A stretch of 64,000 nt of DNA from Janthinobacterium lividum (lineage in GTDB: Bacteria; Bacteroidota; Bacteroidia; Sphingobacteriales; Sphingobacteriaceae): assembly GCA_050954865.1 (NCBI GenBank), contig JBPBQN010000160.1, forward strand, positions 695 through 64,694, written 5' to 3'. Positions 55,101 to 63,114 of this stretch are shown here, piece after piece. Below the pieces are notes generated by a model. The model had not been told where the DNA came from. It saw nothing but the letters and a program-made list of their open reading frames with translations, and ran no database searches. The position numbers and the translations under genes are program-made. Position 1 is the first letter of the stretch, and the number at the start of each line of letters is the position of its first letter.

Positions 55101-55275
55101 TTTTATCACCCTGAAATTCTTTCAAAAGAGCTTCATACATTGCACCACTTAACTGTGTTGTAGGCTTGTTTTCAATTTTGAACCCTTTTCCGCCTAAAAA
55201 ACCAACGATTGTGCCGGTGCCAATGTTCAGCTCTTTTGCTGCTTTAAATAATTTTATTGATTTGTCTTCTGACAT
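52147..55275 (-). CDS. infB: translation initiation factor IF-2 with a long low-complexity N-terminal region
   Basis: 1042 aa. GHVDHGKTSLLD, DTPGHEAF and NKID G-domain motifs. N-terminal P/E/V/K-rich and N/Q/P-rich tracts. Confidence 0.95.
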   Translation of the reverse strand: MSEDKSIKLFKAAKELNIGTGTIVGFLGGKGFKIENKPTTQLSGAMYEALLKEFQGDKNIKEEAKQISIGKIRKDEAVQVAEKSVSYQNRETENQDILNTRSGNYTDTARPAAAQGTKDDSHLPGVKVVGKINLADLNGRGPQQKEVIKEAPKVEVPKPVEAPKPVERKPEPIAEKALEPVAKPEPVVQPEPVQQKQPETITPPVIVAAPVLKSEAVEKEVIKEAPKPVEEPALIVVAPEPVVAQVQPAIPKIVQNTPITQPITATAVEEPQPETGVIRARADRLSGPNVVGRITLPVTPPKRKDQPVASSNANNSAADQKRKRKRKDNAPGQPPHHNQNQAPQGGTNNGFIPGQNNNNSNPRPPANGVPGNRPPFNRNANNARPDNRNNAGNNRPVSTGPKEEPTEKEIQDQIKATLARLSGAGKSSKFAQRSKMRRQKRDDYASSAEDAAMEQQLQSKILKVTEFVTANELASMMDVSVTQIISTCMSLGLFVSINQRLDAETLTIVADEFGYEVEFVKLQDEEGSLDEPDAADTLVPRAPIVTIMGHVDHGKTSLLDFIRKTNVIAGEAGGITQHIGAYEVTLENKKKITFLDTPGHEAFTAMRARGAQVTDIVIIVIAADDSIMPQTREAINHAQAAGAPIIFAFNKIDRPGANANKIREQLAAMNILVEDWGGKYQAQEISAKSGLNIDLLLEKILLEAELLELTANPNKRAVGTVIEAALDKGRGIVTTVLVQAGKLRVGDPILAGCYSGRVKALTNERGQRVEEAGPSTPVQVLGMQGAPTAGDKFNSMESEVEAREIANKRLQLQREQGLRTQKHITLDEIGRRLAIGNFKELNIIVKGDVDGSIEALSDSLLKLSTDQIQVNIIGKAVGQISESDVLLASASDAIIIGFQVRPSGSARKLAEQEQIDIRLYSIIYDAINEIKAAMEGMLAPTFEEKIVANVEIRETFKISKVGTIAGCMVIDGKINRNSKIRIVRDGVVVYTGELASLKRYKDDVKEVATGYECGLNINNFNNIEVGDIVEAYENVEVKRKLA

Positions 55276-55333
55276 TTATTTTGCTTTCTGCACTTTTACA
55301 CAAAAGTACATTTTTTAATTTGTTTTTTTGGTT

Positions 55334-56569
55334 TTATTCAAATTCTGACTGTAAAACCGACAGCACTTCTTTTACTGTTTCTTCTTCCAAATCAGTACGT
55401 TTTACCAACTCATCTACACTGAGGTTTAAAATTGATTTAGCAGTATCTAAACCGATACGTTTAAATTCATCCAGAATCCAACCATCAATTTCATCAGAAA
55501 ATTCTTCAATATCCACATCCTCTTCGTGCTCATCAACCTCACGGTAAACATCTACTTCATAACCTGTCAATTTACCTGCCAGTTTTATGTTGTGGCCGCC
55601 TCTGCCGATAGCTAAAGATACCTGATCCGGTTTTAAGTAAACTGCTGCTGTCTTCTTGTCATCATCTAATTTAATAGAAGTAATTTTAGCAGGAGACAAA
55701 GCACGCTGCACGTATAACGACAAGTTATTAGTGTAGTTGATTACATCGATGTTTTCGTTCTTCAATTCACGAACGATACCATGAATCCTGGAACCTTTCA
55801 TTCCAACACAAGCACCAACCGGATCAATCCGGTCATCATAAGATTCTACTGCAACCTTTGCTCTTTCACCTGGCTCACGAACAATTTTTTTGATCACAAT
55901 CAGTCCGTCAAAAATTTCCGGAACTTCCATTTCAAATAAACGCTGCAAAAATTCTGGTGCGGTTCTGGAAATAATAATCTTCGGATTGCTATTCATCATA
56001 TCCACTTTCAGGATCACAGCACGCACGGAATCGCCTTTTTTAAAGTAATCGGCCGGAATCTGTTCTGTTTTCGGAAGTAATAATTCATTACCTTCATCAT
56101 CCAGAATTAAAGCTTCTTTTTTCCAAACCTGATAAACTTCGCCGGTTACAATTTCGCCGACACGATCTTTATATTTTTTGTAGATTTCATCTTTTTCCAG
56201 TTCCAAAATTTTGGAAACCAGCGTTTGGCGCGCAGCCAAAATCGCCCGGCGGCCAAAACTTTCCAGCGTAATCAGTTCAATCTGTTCATCACCAACTTCC
56301 AGATCAGGATCGTAAGTTTTTGCTTCTGCCAGTTCAACTTCTAAATCGTCATCTTCAGAAAAACCGTCTTCCATCACCATCCGCGTACGCCAGATTTCCA
56401 AATCGCCATTATCCGTGTTCACAATAATGTCGCAATTTTCATCAGTACCGTACTTTTTTCTGATCATGCTCCGCAGCACATCTTCCATCACACTCATCAT
56501 GGTTGGGCGGTCGATGTTCTTGAAATCTTTAAATTCCTGAAAAGAATCAATTAAATTAATGTTGCTCAT
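55334..56569 (-). CDS. nusA: transcription termination/antitermination factor NusA
   Basis: 411 aa. S1 domain, KH domains (GACVGMKGSRI, AIGRGGHNIKLA). Confidence 0.95.
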   Translation of the reverse strand: MSNINLIDSFQEFKDFKNIDRPTMMSVMEDVLRSMIRKKYGTDENCDIIVNTDNGDLEIWRTRMVMEDGFSEDDDLEVELAEAKTYDPDLEVGDEQIELITLESFGRRAILAARQTLVSKILELEKDEIYKKYKDRVGEIVTGEVYQVWKKEALILDDEGNELLLPKTEQIPADYFKKGDSVRAVILKVDMMNSNPKIIISRTAPEFLQRLFEMEVPEIFDGLIVIKKIVREPGERAKVAVESYDDRIDPVGACVGMKGSRIHGIVRELKNENIDVINYTNNLSLYVQRALSPAKITSIKLDDDKKTAAVYLKPDQVSLAIGRGGHNIKLAGKLTGYEVDVYREVDEHEEDVDIEEFSDEIDGWILDEFKRIGLDTAKSILNLSVDELVKRTDLEEETVKEVLSVLQSEFE

Positions 56570-56573
56570 TTTC

Positions 56574-57038
56574 TTATTTGAATGATATTAAAACGATTGC
56601 TTCCTGTAGCTGATGGTATGGCAGTTGCACTTCTGCAAACGTAGCCTTTTTACCTTTTACAGCTGTTTTTTCTTCTATTACGATATTTTCTTCATCAGCA
56701 GATAACAATTTTCCTTCTTTTGTACTGTTGTCGCTGAGTTTTAAAAGCAAATTACGACCAACGTTTTTTTGAAACTGCCGTACAGATTTCAATGGAAAAT
56801 CAACCCCGGGAGAAGAAACTTCAAGATTATAAGCCTGCTCAATTACGTTGTTTTCTTCCAGATGAAAACCTACATGCCGACTGATGGCTGCACAATCCTG
56901 AATGCCAATTCCCTGATCGCTATCCACCAGCACAATCAGGCTGCCATTAGTGTGCATTTTCACATCTACCAAAAACAAGTCCGGCCGATCAGTTATTTTC
57001 TCTTCTACCAGGTTTTTTACCTGCTGCTCAATACTCAT
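56574..57038 (-). CDS. rimP: ribosome maturation factor RimP
   Basis: 154 aa, directly upstream of nusA. LEVSSPGVDFPL motif. Confidence 0.9.
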   Translation of the reverse strand: MSIEQQVKNLVEEKITDRPDLFLVDVKMHTNGSLIVLVDSDQGIGIQDCAAISRHVGFHLEENNVIEQAYNLEVSSPGVDFPLKSVRQFQKNVGRNLLLKLSDNSTKEGKLLSADEENIVIEEKTAVKGKKATFAEVQLPYHQLQEAIVLISFK

Positions 57039-57056
57039 CTATAAAAATTAACGGTT

Positions 57057-57089
57057 AAAAGAAAAGAGGGAACATTGTCCCCTCTTTTC
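57057..57089 (-). promoter_or_regulatory. terminator-like hairpin in the 5' leader of rimP-nusA-infB (candidate attenuator)
   Basis: Minus-strand RNA gaaaagaggg-gacaatgtt-ccctcttttc (10 bp) is followed directly by uuuu. It lies between the predicted promoter (57100-57128) and the rimP ATG (57038). Confidence 0.5.
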
Positions 57090-57099
57090 TTTAATATTA

Positions 57100-57128
57100 C
57101 AAATATAGATAAAATATTTAACTGTCAA
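57100..57128 (-). promoter_or_regulatory. Bacteroidota-type promoter for rimP-nusA-infB
   Basis: Minus strand reads TTGACA-N15-TATATTTG, matching -33 TTG and -7 TAnnTTTG. Confidence 0.6.
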
Positions 57129-57167
57129 GCTTTTAAAACTACAATTGCAGAAAACTGGTTTTTATGT

Positions 57168-57193
57168 AATACTGTTTTTACCACCTAAAAATT
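57168..57193 (-). repeat. 25-mer family copy
   Basis: aatactgtttttaccacctaaaaatt. Confidence 0.7.
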
Positions 57194-57214
57194 AGTATCA
57201 GTTTTTTATATTGA

Positions 57215-57222
57215 TAGCTTTG
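57215..57222 (+). promoter_or_regulatory. -7 box for the holin-4-family membrane protein gene
   Basis: TAGCTTTG, 17 nt upstream of ATG 57240. Confidence 0.4.
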
Positions 57223-57239
57223 CAGCCGAAATATTTACC

Positions 57240-57581
57240 ATGAAATTTATACTTGAAATTTTACTAACCGGACTGGCCGTATTTTTAGCTGCACAAATTA
57301 TTCCGGGCGTGCATGTAAACGGTTACTTTACAGCTGTATTAACCGGCGTTCTGCTGGCGGTAGTAAATGCCACAATTGGTTTTATATTGCGGATACTCAC
57401 TTTCCCAATCAACATTTTAACGTTAGGATTGATCAGCTTTGTCATTACCATTTGCATGGTTTTGCTGGTTTCTCATCTTTTAACCGGTTTTAGTGTTGAT
57501 GGATTTTTTACTGCTGCACTTTTTGCAATTGTACTTGCCGTGTTGAAAATGATTTTCGGCGCGCTGGAAAGAAGAGCGTAA
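57240..57581 (+). CDS. four-TM membrane protein of the phage-holin-4 (PF04020-like) family
   Basis: 113 aa with four hydrophobic helices and the LAAQIIPGVHVNG motif. No other phage genes nearby. Confidence 0.65.
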   Translation: MKFILEILLTGLAVFLAAQIIPGVHVNGYFTAVLTGVLLAVVNATIGFILRILTFPINILTLGLISFVITICMVLLVSHLLTGFSVDGFFTAALFAIVLAVLKMIFGALERRA

Positions 57582-57582
57582 T

Positions 57583-58830
57583 TTACTTTTCGGCCAGCAG
57601 CTGATTAATCAGCGTTTCAAATTCATGTGTAAATTCAGTGTAATGATCTCCGGTTCCAGGACCACTGAAACCAGTGTGGATTTTGCGCACATCGCCTTTT
57701 TTATCAATAATAATGGTGGTTGGAAAACCTACAATGCCTGATAGCGCAGGCAAACTTTTGGCTGCTTCGTTTTTGTTGTTGGTGTAGCCGGTAACCAATA
57801 TATCATAAGGAATATTGAAACGCGTTTTCAGCTGATCCAGATTTTTTTTGGATGTTGCAAAATCGGTTGTCCGTTCATAAGCTAAACCTAAAATATCTAC
57901 TCCTTTTGCATGGTATTTTTTGTAGAAATCATCGCTTAAATACGCCGTTTCGTCCATACAATTCGGGCACCAGGAACCTAAAATCTGCAGAATAACTACT
58001 TTGTTTTTAAACTGAGGGTCAGTGAGCGAAACCTGTTTTTTCTCTAAATCCGGGAAAGAAAAATCAACTTTTTTATAACCTGGTTTTAAAACAGTTAGCG
58101 AATAAGCATCCGGTAATTTGGCGTTTTCATCTTTCATGGCCGACCATAAGCTTACAGATGAAGCACCTGCATAAAACTTTCCGTTAACAATCGTTTTTTC
58201 ATTGCTGATTTTCCCTGTAAATAAAAAAGCATGCGAACCATCAAAGCAGGATAAATACAAATCATCGCCAGAAACTGTTCCTTGTAAAAAGCGGTAATCG
58301 CCGGTTGTGGTTAAAAACGTACCAGTTATGTCATTTCCGTTTTGCTTAAACTCGCCAACCGTAACATCTTTATTTTGTCCGTCTTGATCGGTAAATGGTG
58401 CAGACCACCGGCCGGTTATATTAAATTTTGCTTTCTGCGGAGAAGAGAAAAACCGATAAGATGCATCCGATTGTGCCGAAAATGGAATCAAAACATCTTT
58501 TGCTCCCAAATGCCGAACCCAGTTTCCTTCCAGCGTATTTCCTTTTAAAGCAGCACGAATTTCGCTATCAAACAAAGGCATTTTAATCAGTACAGAATCG
58601 CCCAGAACCTTTACATCGTTTACCTTAAATTTTTCTTTTCCGTTGATGATCGTCAACAGTTTTTGGCCAGAACTATCTTTCAATTCAAAATTAAAAGGAA
58701 TTTTGGCACCGGAAGTTGTTTTAAGTTTAGCCAGCCAGATACCGCTTTTGAAAGCAGAAATTGGTTTAAAAGCATTTAAGCCAAAGCATAAAACAACAAT
58801 TGTAAATAAATAAATAATTCTTTTTTTCAT
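57583..58830 (-). CDS. TlpA-family thiol:disulfide oxidoreductase with an N-terminal beta-rich domain
   Basis: 415 aa. Signal peptide and a thioredoxin CxxC in LGSWCPNC. Confidence 0.8.
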   Translation of the reverse strand: MKKRIIYLFTIVVLCFGLNAFKPISAFKSGIWLAKLKTTSGAKIPFNFELKDSSGQKLLTIINGKEKFKVNDVKVLGDSVLIKMPLFDSEIRAALKGNTLEGNWVRHLGAKDVLIPFSAQSDASYRFFSSPQKAKFNITGRWSAPFTDQDGQNKDVTVGEFKQNGNDITGTFLTTTGDYRFLQGTVSGDDLYLSCFDGSHAFLFTGKISNEKTIVNGKFYAGASSVSLWSAMKDENAKLPDAYSLTVLKPGYKKVDFSFPDLEKKQVSLTDPQFKNKVVILQILGSWCPNCMDETAYLSDDFYKKYHAKGVDILGLAYERTTDFATSKKNLDQLKTRFNIPYDILVTGYTNNKNEAAKSLPALSGIVGFPTTIIIDKKGDVRKIHTGFSGPGTGDHYTEFTHEFETLINQLLAEK

Positions 58831-58859
58831 GCTGATGCTTCTTTTATCGATATAAATTC
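58831..58859 (-). repeat. 25-mer family copy abutting the TlpA-like gene start
   Basis: gctgatgcttcttttatcgatataaattc. In gene orientation this reads ...cgataaaagaagcatcagc-ATG, the same junction as at nadD. Confidence 0.75.
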
Positions 58860-58909
58860 AGTCAAGCTTAATGAAGATTTCTCCTTTTAGATCGAACGGA
58901 ATTTATAAC

Positions 58910-58937
58910 AATGCTTCTTTTATCGACCTAAATTTTA
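58910..58937 (-). repeat. 25-mer family copy overlapping a stop codon
   Basis: aatgcttcttttatcgacctaaatttta. Confidence 0.8.
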
Positions 58938-59432
58938 TAAACTTTCTTTAATTTTTTTAATGATGTTGGTGCTCGAACTGTTGTCCAGATAATTAATCAG
59001 CTCTACTTTTCCGCCTTGATCCAGCACCCATTGTGCGCCGGCAATGTCTTCAATTTTGTAATCGCCGCCTTTTACCATTACATCAGGATTAACCAAGTGG
59101 ATCAATTTTTCAGGCGTATCTTCTTCAAAAATCACCACTAAATCCACAAAATGAAAAGCAGCCAGCAACAAGGCACGAGAATTCTGATTTTGAATGGGCC
59201 GGCTTGCAGATTTCAACCTTTTAACCGAAGCATCCGAATTTAAACCCACAATTAAACGGTTGCCAAACGATGCAGCACCAGCCAGGCTTTGCACATGGCC
59301 AGCGTGCAAAATATCAAAGCAACCATTAGTAAAAACGATTTTTTGATTTCCCAAACGCCAGGCCGCCAATTTACGCTGCAATTGTTTTTCGTCAACTATT
59401 TTGCTTTGTACAACGGCTAATTTATCCAACAT
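58935..59432 (-). CDS. D-glycero-beta-D-manno-heptose-1-phosphate adenylyltransferase (RfaE domain II type cytidylyltransferase)
   Basis: 165 aa. FTNGCFDILHAGH nucleotidyltransferase motif. Confidence 0.8.
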   Translation of the reverse strand: MLDKLAVVQSKIVDEKQLQRKLAAWRLGNQKIVFTNGCFDILHAGHVQSLAGAASFGNRLIVGLNSDASVKRLKSASRPIQNQNSRALLLAAFHFVDLVVIFEEDTPEKLIHLVNPDVMVKGGDYKIEDIAGAQWVLDQGGKVELINYLDNSSSTNIIKKIKESL

Positions 59433-59782
59433 CAGGTTAAAAGATTATTGTTGTTATCCGGAAAAACCAAAATCGGCTCGTAAACTTTTGCTTCTTCCAT
59501 CGGCAGAAAACCGTACGACATAATGATCACAATATCACCAACTTGCGCCAGTCGCGCCGTTGCACCATTTAAACATACCGTGCCCGAACCGCGTGCTCCT
59601 TTTATGGCATAAGTTTCAAAACGCGCACCGTTGTTATTGTTTACCACCTGCACCCGCTCGTTGGCAATGATGTTGGCGGCATCCATCAAATCCTCATCAA
59701 TGGTAATGCTGCCTACGTAATTAAGTTCGGCCTGCGTAATTTTTACCCGATGAATTTTAGATTTTAAAAGCTGAATAACCAT
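59432..59782 (-). CDS. panD: aspartate 1-decarboxylase
   Basis: 116 aa. [23 protein letters not shown], including the G-S self-cleavage site. Confidence 0.95.
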   Translation of the reverse strand: MVIQLLKSKIHRVKITQAELNYVGSITIDEDLMDAANIIANERVQVVNNNNGARFETYAIKGARGSGTVCLNGATARLAQVGDIVIIMSYGFLPMEEAKVYEPILVFPDNNNNLLT

Positions 59783-59828
59783 ACCGCAAAGTTATAGATT
59801 GATTTTTGATTATTGTAAACCCCAAATT

Positions 59829-60659
59829 TCAACCCAAAATCATATTATCAATTAAGCGCGTTTGGCCAACTTTAGCGGCTACAAGTGCAATAATTCCTTT
59901 TTGTTTGTGGCTGATATCGTTATCCAAATTCTCTGCATTTACAATTTCCAGATATTCCAGCTGCACGTTGGGTTCAACATTAATCAGTTCGATGGCTTCT
60001 TTCCGTAATTCTTCGGATGCTTCTTTTATATAGCTTTTTTTAAGCTGATCCAAAGCCCAAGATAACACCAACGCATGTTTTCTTTCTTGTGGAGATAAAT
60101 GGATATTGCGCGAACTCATCGCTAAGCCATCAGCCTCACGGATAATCGGACAGGTTACCATTTTTACCGGCAGATTTTTCTGCTTCACCATTTGCTCAAT
60201 CACTTTTACCTGCTGGAAATCTTTTTGTCCGAAGAAAGCAAAATCAGGTTTTACAGCCATAAAAAGTTTATATACAATCTGCATCACGCCCTGATAATGG
60301 CCCGGCCGGAATTTGCCTTCCAGCCGATGTTCAACTGCGCCAATATCCAAATACCAATGCTCTTTCTGCGGATACATTTCTGCTACATCCGGCATAAATA
60401 AAATATGGCAGCCAGCTTGTTCCAGTTTTTGGATGTCGTTCTCAATTGGTCGCGGATACTTGTCCAGATCGCTTGCATCCGTAAACTGCGTTGGGTTTAC
60501 AAAAATACTGCAAACTACCAGCTCAGTTTGCGCCAATGCTGTTTTTATCAGGGATAAATGCCCGTTGTGCAGCGCGCCCATTGTTGGCACTAAACCAACT
60601 GTTTTATTTTGATTTTGCAGCCGGTTTTGCAGGGCTGCAATGGTTTTAATGATTTCCAT
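59829..60659 (-). CDS. panC: pantoate--beta-alanine ligase
   Basis: Start preferred at MEIIKTIAAL (60659). PTMGALHNGHLSL and FGQKDFQQ motifs. Confidence 0.9.
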   Translation of the reverse strand: MEIIKTIAALQNRLQNQNKTVGLVPTMGALHNGHLSLIKTALAQTELVVCSIFVNPTQFTDASDLDKYPRPIENDIQKLEQAGCHILFMPDVAEMYPQKEHWYLDIGAVEHRLEGKFRPGHYQGVMQIVYKLFMAVKPDFAFFGQKDFQQVKVIEQMVKQKNLPVKMVTCPIIREADGLAMSSRNIHLSPQERKHALVLSWALDQLKKSYIKEASEELRKEAIELINVEPNVQLEYLEIVNAENLDNDISHKQKGIIALVAAKVGQTRLIDNMILG

Positions 60660-60749
60660 TGAAATAAACTTGAGTTCAAAATTGCGCATTTGCACAAAAT
60701 ATCCGGCCATGTGCTTGCATAATTGATTGATTAATGATAAGATAATGCC

Positions 60750-60757
60750 TATCTTTG
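60750..60757 (+). promoter_or_regulatory. -7 box for the glycogen-synthase-like gene
   Basis: TATCTTTG, 45 nt upstream of ATG 60803. TTG triplets lie 20-25 nt upstream of the box. Confidence 0.45.
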
Positions 60758-60802
60758 TACCCTTAATTGTAAATTCCTTTACATATAATTAACGTAGATA
60801 AG

Positions 60803-61627
60803 ATGAGTAAATCGAAGCTTTTGTTTATTACGCAAGAAATGTCTCCTTTTCTTGAACTTTCTAAAATTTCCGAAATCACCCGTCAGCTTCCGCAGGCCAT
60901 GCAGGAGAAAGGATTTGAGATCAGGATTCTGATGCCGCGGTTTGGAAACATTAATGAACGAAGGAACCGTTTACATGAAGTGATCCGCCTATCAGGCATG
61001 AACATTATTATTGATGATAATGATAATCCGCTGATTATTAAAGTCGCCTCGATCCCGTCTGCCCGGATGCAGGTTTATTTTCTGGATAATGAAGAGTATT
61101 TCCAGCGCAAGTATGTTTTTCGTGATAAGGAAGAAAAATTTTATGCCGATAATGATGAACGCATGATCTTCTTTTGTAAAGGCGCGCTGGAAACGGTTAA
61201 AAAATTAGGCTGGGCACCGGATATTATTCATTGCCACGGATGGCTGACTTCTTTAGTGCCGGCTTATGTTAAAACCAGTTATAAAGATGATCCGACTTTC
61301 AAAAACTCCAAAGTAGTTTACTCTTTGTATGAGAATGGTTTTACGGAAACTTTAAGCCCATCCTTTATACAAAAAAGTGTAATGAATGGCATGACTGAAA
61401 AGCAGGTTGAAACTTATGCAGCAGGTAACAGCTTGGCTTTAGAAAACGGTGCTTTGGAATACTCAGATGCAGTTGTTATTGGCAGCCTGGAAGTAAGCCC
61501 GGAACTGTTAAATAATGTTAAAAAGACTAGCAAACCAGTTTTGGAGTATGATTTAACTTCGGATTTGGAAAATTTTTACAACTTTTACGAAGAAATCACC
61601 AATGAAGAATTGGTACATGTTGCATAA
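60803..61627 (+). CDS. short glycogen/starch-synthase-like protein (GT5 N-terminal domain only)
   Basis: 274 aa. LFITQEMSPF and HCHGWLTSLVP motifs. Sits in the panC / DUF4270 / glmS synteny common in Bacteroidota. Confidence 0.75.
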   Translation: MSKSKLLFITQEMSPFLELSKISEITRQLPQAMQEKGFEIRILMPRFGNINERRNRLHEVIRLSGMNIIIDDNDNPLIIKVASIPSARMQVYFLDNEEYFQRKYVFRDKEEKFYADNDERMIFFCKGALETVKKLGWAPDIIHCHGWLTSLVPAYVKTSYKDDPTFKNSKVVYSLYENGFTETLSPSFIQKSVMNGMTEKQVETYAAGNSLALENGALEYSDAVVIGSLEVSPELLNNVKKTSKPVLEYDLTSDLENFYNFYEEITNEELVHVA

Positions 61628-61640
61628 GATTTAATCCTAT

Positions 61641-63071
61641 ATGAAATTTGTTAAAACAGACTTATTGACTTTGTTGATAAGTCTTTTTATTTTAAGCAGT
61701 TGTAAAAAACCAGATTCAGTTGGTTTAGCAATTGATCCATCGCAGGTAATTAACGGTACTCTGCTGGATACTGTTTCTATCATTACAAATACTTTGCGTG
61801 ATGATAGCGTTGTAACCAGCAACCTTTTCAACAGCTCAAGTATATCTATTGCACCGCTGGCTTATTATAAAGACCCAATTTTCGGTGTTACAGAAGCTAA
61901 TGTAGCCATGTCTATCGGTACCCCAACGGCTACTGCTTTTACCAAACCAACCGGTACGGTTACGGTAGATTCTGCCATACTGGTTTTACGCTATACGCCG
62001 CATGGTTTTTACGGTGATACAACCTCTACCAAATACAAGCTTAACGTTTACCAGCTGGCCGAACAGCCTTTAAACCAAACATATTACAATACCAAAACCT
62101 GGGCTTACAACCCAACAATAATTGGTACAGGCAGTTTTAATGCGCGGCCAAGTGATAGTGTTAAAGTTTTGCAGATTGTAACCGGTGCAAAAGATACAAT
62201 CAAGAAACTACTGCCTCAAATCAGGGTTCCGGTTAATACAGATTTTGTCAGAAGTAACATTTTATTAACAGATTCTTTAAAATTAATCGGTTCAGAAGCT
62301 TTTAAAAGATACTTCAAAGGTTTGTATTTAACGTTTGATAAAGCACAAACTACCGGCGGTCCGGGTGGTAATTTTTATCTCAGTACGGACTCTTGTCAGC
62401 TAAATATCTATTATAAAAACACCAGCAGCGCAGGTGTAATTGATACAATAATGGCTTCTTTTCCGGCATCAGGTAATTTTGCAACGCAGATCAGGCATGA
62501 TTATACCGGCACTGCAATTCCGGCAGCTTTAAGCAATACAAAATCTACCGGAACAGTTTACATACAGGGTTTAGCTGGGTTGCGGGCAAAAATCTCTTTT
62601 CCTTCTTTGGCTACCAGTGTTCATCAAATACTTGGAAATGCCGTTTTAAACCGCGCAGAACTGATTGTTACACCTGTTGCCAGCACGCAGCTTTATCCGT
62701 TTGCACCAGCACCACGACTGACTATGTATCGGTATAACATTGCCAAACAGCGTGTAGAATTGCCAGATGCAACAACAACAGATAAAAGAACCTATACTCT
62801 GCCTACATACCTATCAAGCTTTGGAGGATTTTATAATCCAACCCAAAACCAGTACCACTTTGTAATTACAAGTTATATCAGCGATTTAATTAGCGGTGCT
62901 ACTGTAGATTACGGTACATTTTTAGCACCGGCAGATTATTACAACACTACTACAATCGAGTATAGCACAGGCTCTGTCCAGGCTGCAGGAAGATTGGTTG
63001 CCGGCGGCGATAAAACTTCAGCCTATAAAATGAAACTGAATATCATCTATACGCCTGCCATCAAGCAATAA
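61641..63071 (+). CDS. DUF4270-family lipoprotein
   Basis: 476 aa. Lipoprotein signal LLISLFILSSC. Position after the glycogen-synthase-like gene is typical for this family. Confidence 0.65.
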   Translation: MKFVKTDLLTLLISLFILSSCKKPDSVGLAIDPSQVINGTLLDTVSIITNTLRDDSVVTSNLFNSSSISIAPLAYYKDPIFGVTEANVAMSIGTPTATAFTKPTGTVTVDSAILVLRYTPHGFYGDTTSTKYKLNVYQLAEQPLNQTYYNTKTWAYNPTIIGTGSFNARPSDSVKVLQIVTGAKDTIKKLLPQIRVPVNTDFVRSNILLTDSLKLIGSEAFKRYFKGLYLTFDKAQTTGGPGGNFYLSTDSCQLNIYYKNTSSAGVIDTIMASFPASGNFATQIRHDYTGTAIPAALSNTKSTGTVYIQGLAGLRAKISFPSLATSVHQILGNAVLNRAELIVTPVASTQLYPFAPAPRLTMYRYNIAKQRVELPDATTTDKRTYTLPTYLSSFGGFYNPTQNQYHFVITSYISDLISGATVDYGTFLAPADYYNTTTIEYSTGSVQAAGRLVAGGDKTSAYKMKLNIIYTPAIKQ

Positions 63072-63089
63072 TTTTATATTCGCATCTTG

Positions 63090-63114
63090 AATTTATATCG
63101 ATAAAAACAGTATG
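63090..63114 (+). repeat. 25-mer family copy overlapping the glmS ATG
   Basis: aatttatatcgataaaaacagtATG. Confidence 0.75.

Noticed and set aside
52802-55152. Several 65-106-aa alternative-frame and antisense ORFs inside infB
   Set aside because: They are products of the low-complexity, repeat-rich infB N-terminal region and lie in other frames of a well-supported essential gene.
57240-57581. Holin-family gene as evidence of a prophage
   Set aside because: It is a single small four-TM gene between rimP and a thiol-disulfide oxidoreductase gene. No endolysin, capsid, tail, integrase or att-like repeats are nearby. This family is common as a stand-alone membrane protein.
641-63114. Possibility that the ~25-nt repeats form a CRISPR array
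   Set aside because: The copies are scattered over the whole window in both orientations with irregular kb-scale spacing. No cas genes are present. This is not a direct-repeat/spacer array.
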